The notes under the pieces were generated by a model that saw only the letters and a list, made by a program, of their open reading frames with translations, had not been told where the DNA came from and made no database searches. Shown piece after piece: positions 12,602 to 22,512 of a DNA stretch of 64,000 nt. Location: contig JACQNI010000078.1 in assembly GCA_016203135.1 (NCBI GenBank), positions 1,157 through 65,156 on the forward strand. The letters run 5' to 3'. The stretch comes from Candidatus Woesearchaeota archaeon (GTDB taxonomy: Archaea > Nanobdellota > Nanobdellia > SCGC-AAA011-G17 > JACPNG01). The position numbers and the translations under genes were made by a program. Numbering within the stretch: position 1 is the first letter of the stretch; each line of letters opens with the position of its first letter.

Positions 12602-12952
12602 ATGGATATTATCTTAGACACAGATTTTTTAATAAACTGTCTAAAAAACAAGATAGACATATTCTCTGAATTTTCCAGAATATTAGATGAAAAATTCAAA
12701 GTCAATATCCTTGACAAAACCCTGGATGAATTAAATGGTAAAAATCTAGAAAAGCTATGCATTGCCTTTATCAAGGCCAAAAACATAAACATGATAAAAA
12801 CAGATAGGCTTAAAAACGTCGATAATCTGATTTTAGACTTAGTAGGCAAAGATACAATAGTAGCTACCCAAGACAAAGATTTAAAAAGGAAGCTTAAGAA
12901 AAAAAATATACAGGTAATAACAATAAGGCAAAAAAAATATTTAGCAATTTAA
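12602..12952 (+). CDS. PIN-domain nuclease, Fcf1/Utp24-like
   Basis: ILDTDFLINCL at the N-terminus and IVATQDKDLKRKLKK, resembling the Fcf1 motif VATxDxxLxRRx. Directly upstream of rpoE, as in many archaea. Confidence 0.6.
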   Translation: MDIILDTDFLINCLKNKIDIFSEFSRILDEKFKVNILDKTLDELNGKNLEKLCIAFIKAKNINMIKTDRLKNVDNLILDLVGKDTIVATQDKDLKRKLKKKNIQVITIRQKKYLAI

Positions 12953-12953
12953 A

Positions 12954-13517
12954 ATGTTTTACAAAATAAAAGTCAGAACCCATGTCAGAGTATCCCCAGA
13001 TAAATTTAGCGAAGATATAAAGAAAGCCGTGCTTGATACACTAAACAAGCAGTTTGAGGGATATATATCAAAAGATCTTGGGGCAGTGATAGCAGTATCA
13101 GAGATAACAGATATTGGGGAAGGAGTTATTATTTCTGGTGATGGTGCTGCTTACTATGATACAGAATTCAATATATTTACATTCAAGCCAGAACTTCAAG
13201 AGGTTGTTTTGGGAAAAATAAATGATATAACAGATTTTGGCGCTTTCATGGACATAGGTCCCTTAGACGGCATGATCCATGTATCTCAAACAATGGATGA
13301 CTTTGTTTCCTTTAGTAAAGGAAATGTACTAACAGGAAAAGAAAGCAAGAAAAATTTAAAGGTTGGAGACAAATGTCGAGCAAGGATAATAGCCATAAGT
13401 TATAAAGACCAGACAAGTCCAAAAATAGGCCTTACTATGAGGCAACTTAAACTTGGTTCATTATCATGGATCGAGCAAGATCTTAAAAAAGAAAAAAAGG
13501 TAGTTAAGAAAAAATGA
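12954..13517 (+). CDS. rpoE: DNA-directed RNA polymerase subunit E' (Rpo7)
   Basis: Collinear with archaeal Rpo7: ...DIGEGVIISGDGAAYYDTEFNIFTFKPELQEVVLGKI..FGAFMDIGPLDGMIHVSQ..D..V......GDKCRARIIAIS...KIGLTMRQ. Confidence 0.85.
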   Translation: MFYKIKVRTHVRVSPDKFSEDIKKAVLDTLNKQFEGYISKDLGAVIAVSEITDIGEGVIISGDGAAYYDTEFNIFTFKPELQEVVLGKINDITDFGAFMDIGPLDGMIHVSQTMDDFVSFSKGNVLTGKESKKNLKVGDKCRARIIAISYKDQTSPKIGLTMRQLKLGSLSWIEQDLKKEKKVVKKK

Positions 13518-13696
13518 AGAAAGTATGCAAGGATTGTAAAATATTTGTAAAAGGAAATGAATGCCCTATCTGCAAGGGAAGTAAATTCACAGAAAACTGG
13601 CAGGGCAGAATAAACATACTGGATTCAAATATTTCAGAGATAGCAAAAAAAACAGGCATTAAAGTTAAAGGAGAATATGTAATAAAAATAAGATGA
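13514..13696 (+). CDS. spt4: transcription elongation factor Spt4 / RpoE''
   Basis: 60-aa zinc ribbon CKDC...CPIC. Start overlaps the rpoE stop (ATGA). Conserved rpoE-spt4 gene order. Confidence 0.7.
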   Translation: MKKVCKDCKIFVKGNECPICKGSKFTENWQGRINILDSNISEIAKKTGIKVKGEYVIKIR

Positions 13697-14007
13697 TGCT
13701 TAAAAAAATTGAAGAAAAAAACATGCCCATGCTTAACAGAAAAAGAATAAGCTTTGAAGTGGAATTTTCAGGAACCACCCCAAAAAAAGAAGATTTAATG
13801 AAAAGCATTTCTTCTATGATTAAAACACCAGAGGAATTGATAGCGTTAAGGCACGTATACCAAAAATATGGAATAAACAAGGCAAAAATTATCACTAATG
13901 TTTATGAAAAAAAAGAAGATTTAAAACAATTTGAGCCAAGGAAAAAAATTCCTGGAGAAAAAAAAGCAGAAGTAAAACAAGATGGCAAAGAAGAAAGTAA
14001 AAAATAA
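13693..14007 (+). CDS. rps24e: 30S ribosomal protein S24e
   Basis: [46 protein letters not shown] fits S24e. Position between spt4 and S27ae is conserved. Confidence 0.75.
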   Translation: MMLKKIEEKNMPMLNRKRISFEVEFSGTTPKKEDLMKSISSMIKTPEELIALRHVYQKYGINKAKIITNVYEKKEDLKQFEPRKKIPGEKKAEVKQDGKEESKK

Positions 14008-14164
14008 GGTTTCTCCAAAAATATGGAAAAAATACAAGGTATCAGGAGATAAGCTAGAAAGATCAAAAATCTGCCCAAGGTGCGGTCCAGGAACATTCAT
14101 GGCAGATCATAAAGACAGATATTATTGTGGAAAATGCCATTATCTTGAGGTTAGACCTAAATAG
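13982..14164 (+). CDS. rps27ae: 30S ribosomal protein S27ae
   Basis: [24 protein letters not shown] zinc ribbon typical of S27ae. TAG stop at 14162-14164. Confidence 0.85.
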   Translation: MAKKKVKNKVSPKIWKKYKVSGDKLERSKICPRCGPGTFMADHKDRYYCGKCHYLEVRPK

Positions 14165-15002
14165 GAGCGTGTCTAACAATTCCTAATAATTTTCCCACTA
14201 TTCTTATAATCAACTTAACTTGATGAACAATTACCCTTGCTATACTTCTAGTTTGTGTTGCTAGTTTAGTAAGAGTTTTAATTCTATCTCCATATTCATT
14301 AGTTAAGCTGCCAAATATAGATTCTCCTCTTCCACTTTGCCTATATCCAAGCCTATTCTTAATGTTTCTATATAGCTTTCTAGCTTTCTTCCTATAGTAT
14401 CCATGCCATCTATTCTTGTTAGGACAGATAATAGGAATATATCCCTTGCCAAATAAAATGCCAATTGTCTTGTTGTCATCATACCAAGCATCGCCATATA
14501 AATTTCCTTTTCCATTTGGAGTTGCTTCTTCTACTGGGCTAGCTACAGTTTTAGTGATTAAACTGATGCCAATTGGATAAACAACACCCATCTTAATCCT
14601 GTTTACAATATGAAACTCAACTTCTTCATTATGCCAGTTGCTAAATTTAGTTGAATCAACCATAGAGAATTCATATCCTAGCTTATTTTGCAGATTAATT
14701 CCAAGCTCTTTTACAATTAGATTAAGAATCTCAGTTACCTCTTGCTTTTTCTCCCAATAAGAGATTACTGAATGGTCTACCCTTTCATTACATATTAACT
14801 TGCTTAATCTAGCTTCTGCCCCTCTTAGGCTCTTTTTATCCTCTTCCTTTGCTATAAGCAAAAGCAGGTAATCTTCTATGGCATGTTTTGTAGGCCTACC
14901 TCTTTTGTTTTTCAATTTAGAACATACTTTCTTAATATGCCTCTTGGCTGTCTTAATAAAAAGGTTTAAATCTTCAATCAAACTATTCCATCTATGTAGC
15001 AT
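14157..15002 (-). CDS. DDE transposase (IS4/IS5 family-like)
   Basis: 281-aa [14 protein letters not shown]-terminal HTH. C-terminal ...[17 protein letters not shown] resembles the IS4/IS5 (E)xxF..LK catalytic tail. ORF runs through the left IR; its stop codon lies in the TSD. Confidence 0.75.
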   Translation of the reverse strand: MLHRWNSLIEDLNLFIKTAKRHIKKVCSKLKNKRGRPTKHAIEDYLLLLIAKEEDKKSLRGAEARLSKLICNERVDHSVISYWEKKQEVTEILNLIVKELGINLQNKLGYEFSMVDSTKFSNWHNEEVEFHIVNRIKMGVVYPIGISLITKTVASPVEEATPNGKGNLYGDAWYDDNKTIGILFGKGYIPIICPNKNRWHGYYRKKARKLYRNIKNRLGYRQSGRGESIFGSLTNEYGDRIKTLTKLATQTRSIARVIVHQVKLIIRIVGKLLGIVRHAPI

Positions 15003-15109
15003 GGGGAGTTCACCTCTTAATTATTTACTATTAAGAGTGTGACCCCCTTTTACACACTCTTTAAGGATAATAATTAACTAGAATAAATAGCTATTTATTA
15101 GACACGCTC
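14165..15109 (-). mobile_element. IS4/IS5-like insertion sequence (945 bp) with imperfect terminal inverted repeats and 8-bp target site duplication CTAAATAG
   Basis: Left end GAGCGTGTCTAACAA (14165-) vs right end TTATTAGACACGCTC (-15109). Reverse complement of the right end shares the 12-bp core GAGCGTGTCTAA. Flanked by CTAAATAG at 14157-14164 and 15111-15118. Single DDE transposase ORF inside. Confidence 0.8.
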
Positions 15110-15184
15110 TCTAAATAGCAATGTTTATATATTTTCTAATTCTATAAAATTACATTAAAAAAAGGCTTCAAGCCAGAATTTAAA

Positions 15185-15607
15185 ATGGATCTAGCGACTT
15201 ACCCATTAAGGGTTTTTGAGATTGAATTAGAAACGCAGTATCCCAGGATAGCGTCATATCTAAGTGGCTATTTAAATGGTTTATATGATTCAGATGTTAT
15301 TAAATATTTTCATAAAGAAGAATTTACAGAAAACAATAAATATAGATGGAAGATAGCAGTAAATGGAGAAAGTATTCTGCATGAAAGGCTTCCATTCTTA
15401 ATTGAGCCCATTGAAAATATAAATCAAGAGTTTATTTCACATATATCTTCAAGCTTAAACTCACTTCTTAAAGTAGATTATTCTAAAGACAGAGATTACA
15501 CCCTTAAAATCAATGAATTTAAACTTAAAATTCCATCAGCTAGCTCAATAGAAGATATATTAGGAAAAGGTAGTATAAGTAACCCAACATTGAGCTTTAA
15601 TTTCTAA
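15185..15607 (+). CDS. hypothetical protein (140 aa)
   Basis: ORF only. Confidence 0.35.
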   Translation: MDLATYPLRVFEIELETQYPRIASYLSGYLNGLYDSDVIKYFHKEEFTENNKYRWKIAVNGESILHERLPFLIEPIENINQEFISHISSSLNSLLKVDYSKDRDYTLKINEFKLKIPSASSIEDILGKGSISNPTLSFNF

Positions 15608-16037
15608 CGATTTTAACATCATGCCCTAGTTCTTTAGCTTCATTAAAACAAACATCCATTATTTCAGCCTCAACATTCTCTTCAATTTTTTCTTTACTAT
15701 ATTTTCTTTTCTTCAATCTTTTTCTAAGCTCATTGACATCGCATTTAATAATAAAAACTTTATCTACATATTTTTTATCTAAATAATAGCTTAGATGTGA
15801 GTCAATAACTAATTTTTTCTTTGATTTTATAATAATCCTTGTCAAAACTTCTTTAAGCTTGTCTATGTCAATTATTTTTGTCTTTAGCTTCTTGTCATAG
15901 CCAGATATTACTTGTTTATTCTTGCCTATTATCATATTGACATCTAAATACCTATAATCCTTGCTTCTTGCAAGCCTTCTAGCAAACTTAGTCTTCCCGC
16001 TGCCAGCAACACCAGTTACACATACTGCCTTTATCAT
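15597..16037 (-). CDS. Fap7-like adenylate kinase (AK6 family, ribosome biogenesis NTPase)
   Basis: Walker A VTGVAGSGKT. Spacing and C-terminal KENVEAEIMDVC segment strongly resemble archaeal Fap7/AK6 (EENVEAEIxDVC). Confidence 0.7.
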   Translation of the reverse strand: MIKAVCVTGVAGSGKTKFARRLARSKDYRYLDVNMIIGKNKQVISGYDKKLKTKIIDIDKLKEVLTRIIIKSKKKLVIDSHLSYYLDKKYVDKVFIIKCDVNELRKRLKKRKYSKEKIEENVEAEIMDVCFNEAKELGHDVKIVRN

Positions 16038-16048
16038 ATATAATCAAT

Positions 16049-16914
16049 ATGAAAAATACTTATAAATGTACTTTTTTATTGAATTATATGGAAATAATTT
16101 CAAAAGCCGCAAAACTAAGTTTAGAAGGCAAAATAAGGGAAGGTTTAACACTAGAAGAGCTAGAACTTTTAATTAAAAACTCATGTGATAGCTTTGGTTT
16201 AACGCCAATAGATCCTTTTTTAGTTTCAAACCTAAGCTGCCAGCAGAGGTAGTAGCTAATACATCAAAAATAGATTCTATAATAACAGGTTTTCCTAGAC
16301 CTTATACACATAGCAGAAAATTTAATCTTGCGGGCCTAAACTTAGGAAAAGTAATAGAAATAAATGGCAAACAACCTGAACATGAATTATATATTGTTGC
16401 TACAATCCTTGCACAACTTAATAGAATTCCAAGAGAGTATAGTGAAGTGACTCTTTTAGATAAACACTTAGCCAAAGACCCTAGATTTAAAACTGCCAAC
16501 CTTAGTAAGGTTTTAAGCCCAAATGGTTTCATCCTAGGAGATTATTTTAGTTTAGTCAGAGATAAGCCTTATCAACATGATAGATTAAAACTGGAAAGAA
16601 AAAAAGTAGAAAATGGACCAATATATCCAACAATAAAAGAATTACATATATTTTCTCCTATAGGGGACGCTGCTTTTATTTTAACAACTCAAGGAATAAT
16701 CAATGACGAATTCAAAAACGTTAGTCATATCAGGCTAAACAAAACATATCCTGGAAAAATATTAGAAAGTCTAAAATTATTTATAGAAGAAAATAAAATA
16801 AATAATCATTTTCTGAATTCATTTAATCCTGGAACATATACTGATATGGAGTCAAATTTAAGGGATGATTATTACAAACCTATTCAGAATAAGCAAACAA
16901 CCTTGAGTCTTTAA
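16049..16914 (+). CDS. hypothetical protein encoded in two frames joined at a U-UUU-UUA slippery site (frameshifted gene / candidate programmed -1 frameshift)
   Basis: ORF 16049..16252 (frame 2) and an open frame 16192..16914 (frame 1) overlap by 60 nt. Six consecutive T at 16216-16221 form T TTT TTA in the upstream frame. The downstream frame has no ATG for about 255 nt, only the GTG at 16447. Confidence 0.4.
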
Positions 16915-17179
16915 CCCTAAACAATCCTAATTTCACACCAGCATCCAGCCATCCATGTGCATAGTTCAATGCGGCAAAGGCAGTAACTTCATCCCCTTTA
17001 TTCTGAAAATGTTTGGCATCAGAAAAATAATTTTTGGCGACTTCTAGAAATTCCTTTGCAATATCATCAAGATTTATGCAAACACCTTTAGCCTTTGTCA
17101 AGTTTTTCTGTGCTTCCTTTATGGCCTGTTCAGTTGTAGAAAAATACTTATCTAGCTTTGCTTTTTTAATCTCATTCAT
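16880..17179 (-). CDS. hypothetical protein (99 aa)
   Basis: ORF only. Confidence 0.35.
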   Translation of the reverse strand: MNEIKKAKLDKYFSTTEQAIKEAQKNLTKAKGVCINLDDIAKEFLEVAKNYFSDAKHFQNKGDEVTAFAALNYAHGWLDAGVKLGLFRVKDSRLFAYSE

Positions 17180-17317
17180 CTTACTTTATCTTTCTCTTTC
17201 TCTTTTCCCTCTTCATTCTCTTTCTCTGCCATTTCCATCTCATTTGGCCTTTTTTCTTCCATCGTCTAGAACTTCTCTTCATTCTCTAAGAAAAAAATCA
17301 GGCATTTATAAATTTTC

Positions 17318-18133
17318 TTATTTTAATTGGTTTAAAATAGCCCTAGTTACTTTATCCTTTCTCTGATTTAAGTCTTCTAATGAATGCCTAATCATGTCTT
17401 TGGAATTGTTTAGTCTTTCAAATAATTCTTCATTTATCAACAAGTCTTTCTTAATAATCTCAATGTTTGAATCGCTTTTCCATCTTATCTTATAATGATC
17501 TAAAATTACTATCAATTCATGTAATTTTTCTAAAGACTGCAATAAGCTGTTAAATATTATTTCTGTGTTCATCGGATCAAGCTGCTTTATGAAGCTCCCC
17601 TTATTATTTTTAGCAACTAAACCTAAAGAGTCTTGAAATATGTTCTCAAGATAGACAAGATAAAAATCAACATTGTTTATTATCCTTCTCTCGTTCCTAT
17701 TCCCTTCCTGCATGTTATGAATTATATTGTTTACATTTTGCCTGAATAATAACAAAGAAGATCTTAGCTTGGTTATTCTTTCTTGGAATGAAATATCATA
17801 TAACTCAGATAATATAACATCCTGCTTTATTGAAACCAGCTTAGATGTTACAACAGCAAGCAAAAGAAACCCAAACAAAACCTCGATTATGGCTACCATC
17901 TTAAATAATCCAAATGGCACGATGTCACCAAATCCAGTAGTCGTAGCAGTTACAAAGCTAAAGTAAACTGCATCAAGTAAGCTGCTAACGGGCTTTGCCT
18001 TCTGGTTATAATAAAGCATTGAAAAATCATTCATTAAATAAAAATAAAAAAATCCAAAAAGAACTACTATTAACACCCAAATTATTAATATATGCTTAAA
18101 TGTTATCCTGTCAAGTAGATTTCTTAAATTCAA
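17318..18133 (-). CDS. potassium channel (2-TM pore with cytoplasmic C-terminal domain)
   Basis: Selectivity-filter-like FVTATTTGFGDIVP between hydrophobic helices, then a soluble C-terminal domain. Confidence 0.65.
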   Translation of the reverse strand: MNLRNLLDRITFKHILIIWVLIVVLFGFFYFYLMNDFSMLYYNQKAKPVSSLLDAVYFSFVTATTTGFGDIVPFGLFKMVAIIEVLFGFLLLAVVTSKLVSIKQDVILSELYDISFQERITKLRSSLLLFRQNVNNIIHNMQEGNRNERRIINNVDFYLVYLENIFQDSLGLVAKNNKGSFIKQLDPMNTEIIFNSLLQSLEKLHELIVILDHYKIRWKSDSNIEIIKKDLLINEELFERLNNSKDMIRHSLEDLNQRKDKVTRAILNQLK

Positions 18134-18258
18134 ATATATAACCTCTTTTAATTAAAATTAAAAAAAGTCAAGAGGTTATATATAAGTCTTATGGCCAACA
18201 GCCAGTATTTGCTTCCATGATCAATAAGTTGATTATGCTATAAGCATTATTCAGGAAA

Positions 18259-19059
18259 TTAAGTTTTATTGGCTTTCCTTCCCAAATATATTCCATATAA
18301 AAATAACATGATATATAAAATTGTTATGATAAAACTTATGGCTAAAAATGCCTCGCTGTTTTCTATAAATCTATTTCCCAAATAAGACTGTATAAATGAC
18401 AAGGGAGCTAAGCCAAATAAAGTTGCAATTATAAAATGAGTTAATTTCATGTTTGTAAATCCAGATAAATAGCTAAAAACATCTGTAGATGTAAAAGGAT
18501 TTAATCTTAAAATAAACAAGGCAAAAGCCCCATACTTTTCTGAATATTTGTCAAATCTAGCAAGCTGTTTTTCATTTATCATCTTTTCAAATATATGCCT
18601 GCCATATCTCCTTGCAATTAAAAAAGCGATTATGCTTCCAACCAGATTTCCAAGTAAACCAATTAAACCCCCCAAAAAACCCCCAAATACAACCCCAGCA
18701 GCAGAAAACAATACTATGCTTGGCAATGGCGCTAAAATAACCTCAAATATCGTTATTATAAAAAAGATTAGAATAGAATATTTTCCAAACGATTTCAAAA
18801 GATTGATTGTATCTTCTGTATCGCTGTTTATCAAGTTATATATTAATCCTTTATGAAGATAGTTGTATAGTAAAACCAATAGTAAAATTATTACTATTGA
18901 TAAAAATACTCGATGTTCTATTATTTTATATCTTATATCTTGTTCTATTTTTTTAGATTTTTCTTTGATTTTTATGGATTCAACTTTAATTCTCTCAGAG
19001 CTTTTTTTAATTCTTTCCTCAATTTTTTTCCTTTTTTCTTGTATCTTTTTTTTGTACAT
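18259..19059 (-). CDS. DedA / TVP38-TMEM64 family membrane protein
   Basis: Multiple TM helices with VFGGFLGGLIGLLGNLVGSIIAFLIARRYGR motif. K/R-rich N-terminal tail. Confidence 0.65.
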   Translation of the reverse strand: MYKKKIQEKRKKIEERIKKSSERIKVESIKIKEKSKKIEQDIRYKIIEHRVFLSIVIILLLVLLYNYLHKGLIYNLINSDTEDTINLLKSFGKYSILIFFIITIFEVILAPLPSIVLFSAAGVVFGGFLGGLIGLLGNLVGSIIAFLIARRYGRHIFEKMINEKQLARFDKYSEKYGAFALFILRLNPFTSTDVFSYLSGFTNMKLTHFIIATLFGLAPLSFIQSYLGNRFIENSEAFLAISFIITILYIMLFLYGIYLGRKANKT

Positions 19060-19113
19060 GTTAATATTAATTACTATGCCTCTTTTTAAATATTGTTTGA
19101 GTTAGTTATTAAC

Positions 19114-19377
19114 TTATTTAAAAATTCTGTTATGATGGTCATAATCTTCTAGTGTTACGCTCTTTTTACCTTCATCAACTGAGAAAGTGAGCACAAAGTG
19201 TTTGTCTATATGAACCTCTCTTAAAAATTGCAAAGGAGACCTAAAATTTTTATAATGTTGCGGATTTTGAATAATATCCTGAACCTTTTTCATAATTATT
19301 TCATATTGCTTTTTATTTTTCTTTAAGAGTTTAGACAGTTTCTTATCATGTTCTGGCTTGATACCCAAAGAATACAT
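19114..19377 (-). CDS. RelE/ParE-family toxin
   Basis: 87 aa. ..KNFRSPLQFLREVHIDKHFVLTFSVDE..VTLEDYDHH fits the RelE/StbE fold pattern. Immediately downstream of a small antitoxin-like ORF with a 1-nt overlap. Confidence 0.6.
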   Translation of the reverse strand: MYSLGIKPEHDKKLSKLLKKNKKQYEIIMKKVQDIIQNPQHYKNFRSPLQFLREVHIDKHFVLTFSVDEGKKSVTLEDYDHHNRIFK

Positions 19378-19616
19378 TATTTTTCATGCCTCTTCCTAAG
19401 GTTCTCTACAGAACCAATTTTGATAGAAGGCTGTTTATGTATCCTTAAAGCTTTTGCAAGATATTCAGGTCTTAATTCCGGCTCCAAATGATTTTCTTCA
19501 TAGTCGCTAACAACTAGATTTATAGCTTCAGACTTATCTTTTAGACCATATTTGGCCTTAACTATATTTAATACCCTATTGGCATTTTCATTAATATTTA
19601 TCATTGCTTGTACCAT
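19377..19616 (-). CDS. putative antitoxin partner of RelE-like toxin
   Basis: 79-aa ORF overlapping the start of the toxin gene. Confidence 0.45.
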   Translation of the reverse strand: MVQAMININENANRVLNIVKAKYGLKDKSEAINLVVSDYEENHLEPELRPEYLAKALRIHKQPSIKIGSVENLRKRHEK

Positions 19617-19704
19617 ATTTATATCACATATACACTAATATATATCTAATATATAAGCATTTTGCTTTTTACTCTGTCCTCTAGAATGTCACAAGAAGTA
19701 GTAG

Positions 19705-19817
19705 TGCTCCGGCCGAGATTCGAACTCGGGTCTCCGCCTTTCTTTGTTTTTGATTAAACCTTTCTAAAAAGTTTACTCGAAAGGGCAGAATCCTTGGCCG
19801 GACTAGACTACCGGAGC
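19705..19817 (-). tRNA. tRNA-Glu (anticodon UUC) with 38-nt intron at the canonical 37/38 position
   Basis: Sense sequence GCTCCGG..TAGTCCGGCCAAGGAT.CTGCC-CTTTCG-[38 nt]-A-GGCGG-AGAC-CCGAG-TTCGAAT-CTCGG-CCGGAGC-A. 7-bp acceptor, T-loop TTCGAAT, anticodon stem CUGCC/GGCGG. No encoded CCA. Confidence 0.75.
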
Positions 19818-20144
19818 TTGTTTTCAAAGCTAATCTTTGTTCTTTTAAATTTATCTGTTTATAACCACTATGTTCTATCCTGAAATAGTTGGACTTAAAT
19901 AAAAACAGCGGTTTGATCCCCTTAATAAGGAGTTCAGTATGAAGCACCAAGATTAGGAATGAGCTTTAAGAAATATGTTTATTATTGGAATAATAAAAGA
20001 CCTCACCAAGAATTAAAATATAAGTTTCAAATTCAAGTTTATTTAAAAGATTTTAAAAAGGAGGATTAGTCTGGACATTTAGGGATAGAACAAAATAAAA
20101 TCTGATGGAAATCTTTATATAGGAGTGTTTTTGAATCTGAGAAA

Positions 20145-20615
20145 ATGAGAAATGAAAAAAATATGACTAGAATCTTAAAAGAATTACATGGTGTTAATGA
20201 TAGACAACTTGACTTGGTTAGCATAATATATGATTTGGAAAACGACCATGAAAGGGTAAGAAGTGTTCATACTATGGAAATACTTTCTCAAGAACGCGAC
20301 TTAGATAAAGAACACATTGGGAAGTCTTGGATATATATTGATGTTAATCTAATAAAAAAATTTGGAAATACTGATGAACTGAAAGATTATTTGGATAGAT
20401 ATTCAATACCAGTAGAAAGTATAGAGGACACTGGTGAATGGTATACTGTTAATACAAACGGAATATATGCTAGGTTTGGCAATGAACTTGAAGAAGATCA
20501 TTTACATATAATTGTAAAATATGATGTATCTGCTATATCTGATGATGAGCCTTTAGATAAGAATTTTAAAGATGATTACCAAAAAAGTGATATTCCAGCC
20601 AGCGATTATTATTAA
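20145..20615 (+). CDS. hypothetical protein (156 aa)
   Basis: ORF only. Confidence 0.35.
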   Translation: MRNEKNMTRILKELHGVNDRQLDLVSIIYDLENDHERVRSVHTMEILSQERDLDKEHIGKSWIYIDVNLIKKFGNTDELKDYLDRYSIPVESIEDTGEWYTVNTNGIYARFGNELEEDHLHIIVKYDVSAISDDEPLDKNFKDDYQKSDIPASDYY

Positions 20616-20711
20616 ATATAGCAACTAGTTTACTATATATTAGATTAACATAAATTATTTATATAGATACAAATAATTTTGTTACAATAAATAAAAAAAA
20701 GGGGGTAAAAA

Positions 20712-21698
20712 ATGAGAAAGTATCTAATTTTATTGGCAGTTTTGTTTTTAGTGCCTATCTTAGTAGAAGCTACTGCAACTTGTACTTTTACTAATGTTGG
20801 AAATGTGATGAACTTAGATGGTGATTGTACAACTGATGAGACTCTATTGATTCCTGATGGATTTACATTGGATGGAAATAACCATGTTATAACAGCAATA
20901 GATCCTGTTGGAAATCATTTTAAGGGAGCAGTTGTAAGCAATTCTGGATCTACAGCAAATGTAGAAAACCTAGTAGTTGATACAGATAATCTAGCTAATG
21001 TATGTGATGGTGGAAGTGATAGGCTAAGAGGAATTATGTTTGAAGCAGCTTCAGGAAGCATCATGCATAATGAAGTAAGAAACATAAACCAAGGTGCTAG
21101 TGGATGTCAGGAAGGAAATGCAATTGAGGTAAGAAATGCTCCTTTTGATGGAACTCATCCAGATACAAAAAACGTAGAGATAGCACATAATAAAATTGTT
21201 GATTGGCAGAAAACTGGCATAGTTGCTAACGGCGATGTTGATGTTAATATACATCACAATCAAGTAGACGAAAGTGCAACTCAAGCAAATCTAGCTGCTA
21301 ATTCAATACAGCTCGGTTTTGGAGCTACTGGAATAGTAACTCAAAACTTAGTTGAAGGTAATCAATGGTGTGGGCCAAGTGATTATGTTGCAACAGCAAT
21401 CTTGATATATCTTGCTGATAATTCAGTTGTTAGCAAAAATGTTATAACTGGAAATGCAGATGTCGGGATCTATGGAGAAGGAGATGCTTTGGAAATTGAT
21501 AACAATAAGGTATTTGACGATATATCAATAGCTGACTGCAATGCATTTGGATATGACTTTGGAGTATTCAATTATGGAACAGGAAATTTAGTGACAAATA
21601 ATAAAGTCAGAGACTATGCAACGTCTTATGATGGAGTTTCTGGAGGAAAAAACAAGGTTATTCCTGGACCACAACCTGGAAATGATTTTTGGGATTAA
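20712..21698 (+). CDS. secreted protein with right-handed parallel beta-helix repeats
   Basis: Signal peptide MRKYLILLAVLFLVPILVEA. Repetitive N/G/V-rich segments (IHHNQVDES..., VEGNQW.., VITGNADVGIYGEG) typical of PbH1 beta-helix repeats. Confidence 0.55.
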   Translation: MRKYLILLAVLFLVPILVEATATCTFTNVGNVMNLDGDCTTDETLLIPDGFTLDGNNHVITAIDPVGNHFKGAVVSNSGSTANVENLVVDTDNLANVCDGGSDRLRGIMFEAASGSIMHNEVRNINQGASGCQEGNAIEVRNAPFDGTHPDTKNVEIAHNKIVDWQKTGIVANGDVDVNIHHNQVDESATQANLAANSIQLGFGATGIVTQNLVEGNQWCGPSDYVATAILIYLADNSVVSKNVITGNADVGIYGEGDALEIDNNKVFDDISIADCNAFGYDFGVFNYGTGNLVTNNKVRDYATSYDGVSGGKNKVIPGPQPGNDFWD

Positions 21699-21777
21699 TT
21701 TCCCTTTCTTTTTCTTTTTTTTAAGTAGCTTTAAAACACAATAATATTTATATAACTTAAATTTCTTATTATTTATA

Positions 21778-22512
21778 ATGAAAAAGTGGATTTTTTTACT
21801 AATGTTTTTAATTGTATTTATTTCTGCATGCGAAAACATAGATAGAATAAATAGAAATTCAATTCCTAATGAAGTTGTAAAATGTGGGGATGAAGTATGC
21901 GATAGTTCTGAGTCTTGTGATTGCAGGGATTGTGAAAATGATAAAAGATGCTTTCAACAGCCAAAAGACAATATTGGAATAGTAAAAGAAAGCAATTTGT
22001 GCGGGAATGATAGATGTGAATCTGAAGAAAGATGCAATCTTGAGACTTATGAAACTATCTGCCCTGAAGATTGTGCAAGACAATGCCCAACAAAATTGGT
22101 ATTAACTGAAAACAACGGAAATATATTTTCTTGCAGTGGAAAATGCAATTTAACCGATGGAAGATTTTTAGTTTATGGGAATTCAAAGATAACTGCAAAA
22201 ATTGAAAACATTGGAGAAAGGGCAAGCAATATAGTTACAAGCAATTTTAACTGCTATACAAACGGGGAATTATTGACAAGAACAGACAATAGCGGAAACT
22301 ATGGAATAACTGTCAATGATTACTTTAACAACAAAGAAGATGAAATGGATTCTATAAATTCAAGAATTACTGGAGGTAACATAGCTAACTATACTTTAGA
22401 AATAAATCTCAAGAATATCGTTACTACTAGAAATGTTGATTGTTCTATATCTATAGCTTCTGTACCAGACATACAAAGCACAAATTGGATATATTTAAGA
22501 ATATTAAAGTAA
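21778..22512 (+). CDS. cysteine-rich secreted lipoprotein
   Basis: Signal peptide with lipobox-like FISAC. Many Cys in CxxC-like spacing. Confidence 0.45.
   Translation: MKKWIFLLMFLIVFISACENIDRINRNSIPNEVVKCGDEVCDSSESCDCRDCENDKRCFQQPKDNIGIVKESNLCGNDRCESEERCNLETYETICPEDCARQCPTKLVLTENNGNIFSCSGKCNLTDGRFLVYGNSKITAKIENIGERASNIVTSNFNCYTNGELLTRTDNSGNYGITVNDYFNNKEDEMDSINSRITGGNIANYTLEINLKNIVTTRNVDCSISIASVPDIQSTNWIYLRILK

Noticed and set aside
12574-12876. 100-aa minus-strand ORF
   Set aside because: It is antisense to the well-supported Fcf1-like PIN gene and is low complexity.
16302-16532. 76-aa minus-strand ORF
   Set aside because: It is antisense to the better-supported plus-strand gene 16049..16914 and is Cys/Leu-rich with low complexity. 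Likely spurious.
19681-19950. 89-aa ORF on the minus strand
   Set aside because: It fully overlaps the intron-containing tRNA-Glu gene and adjacent intergenic DNA, so it is a spurious ORF.
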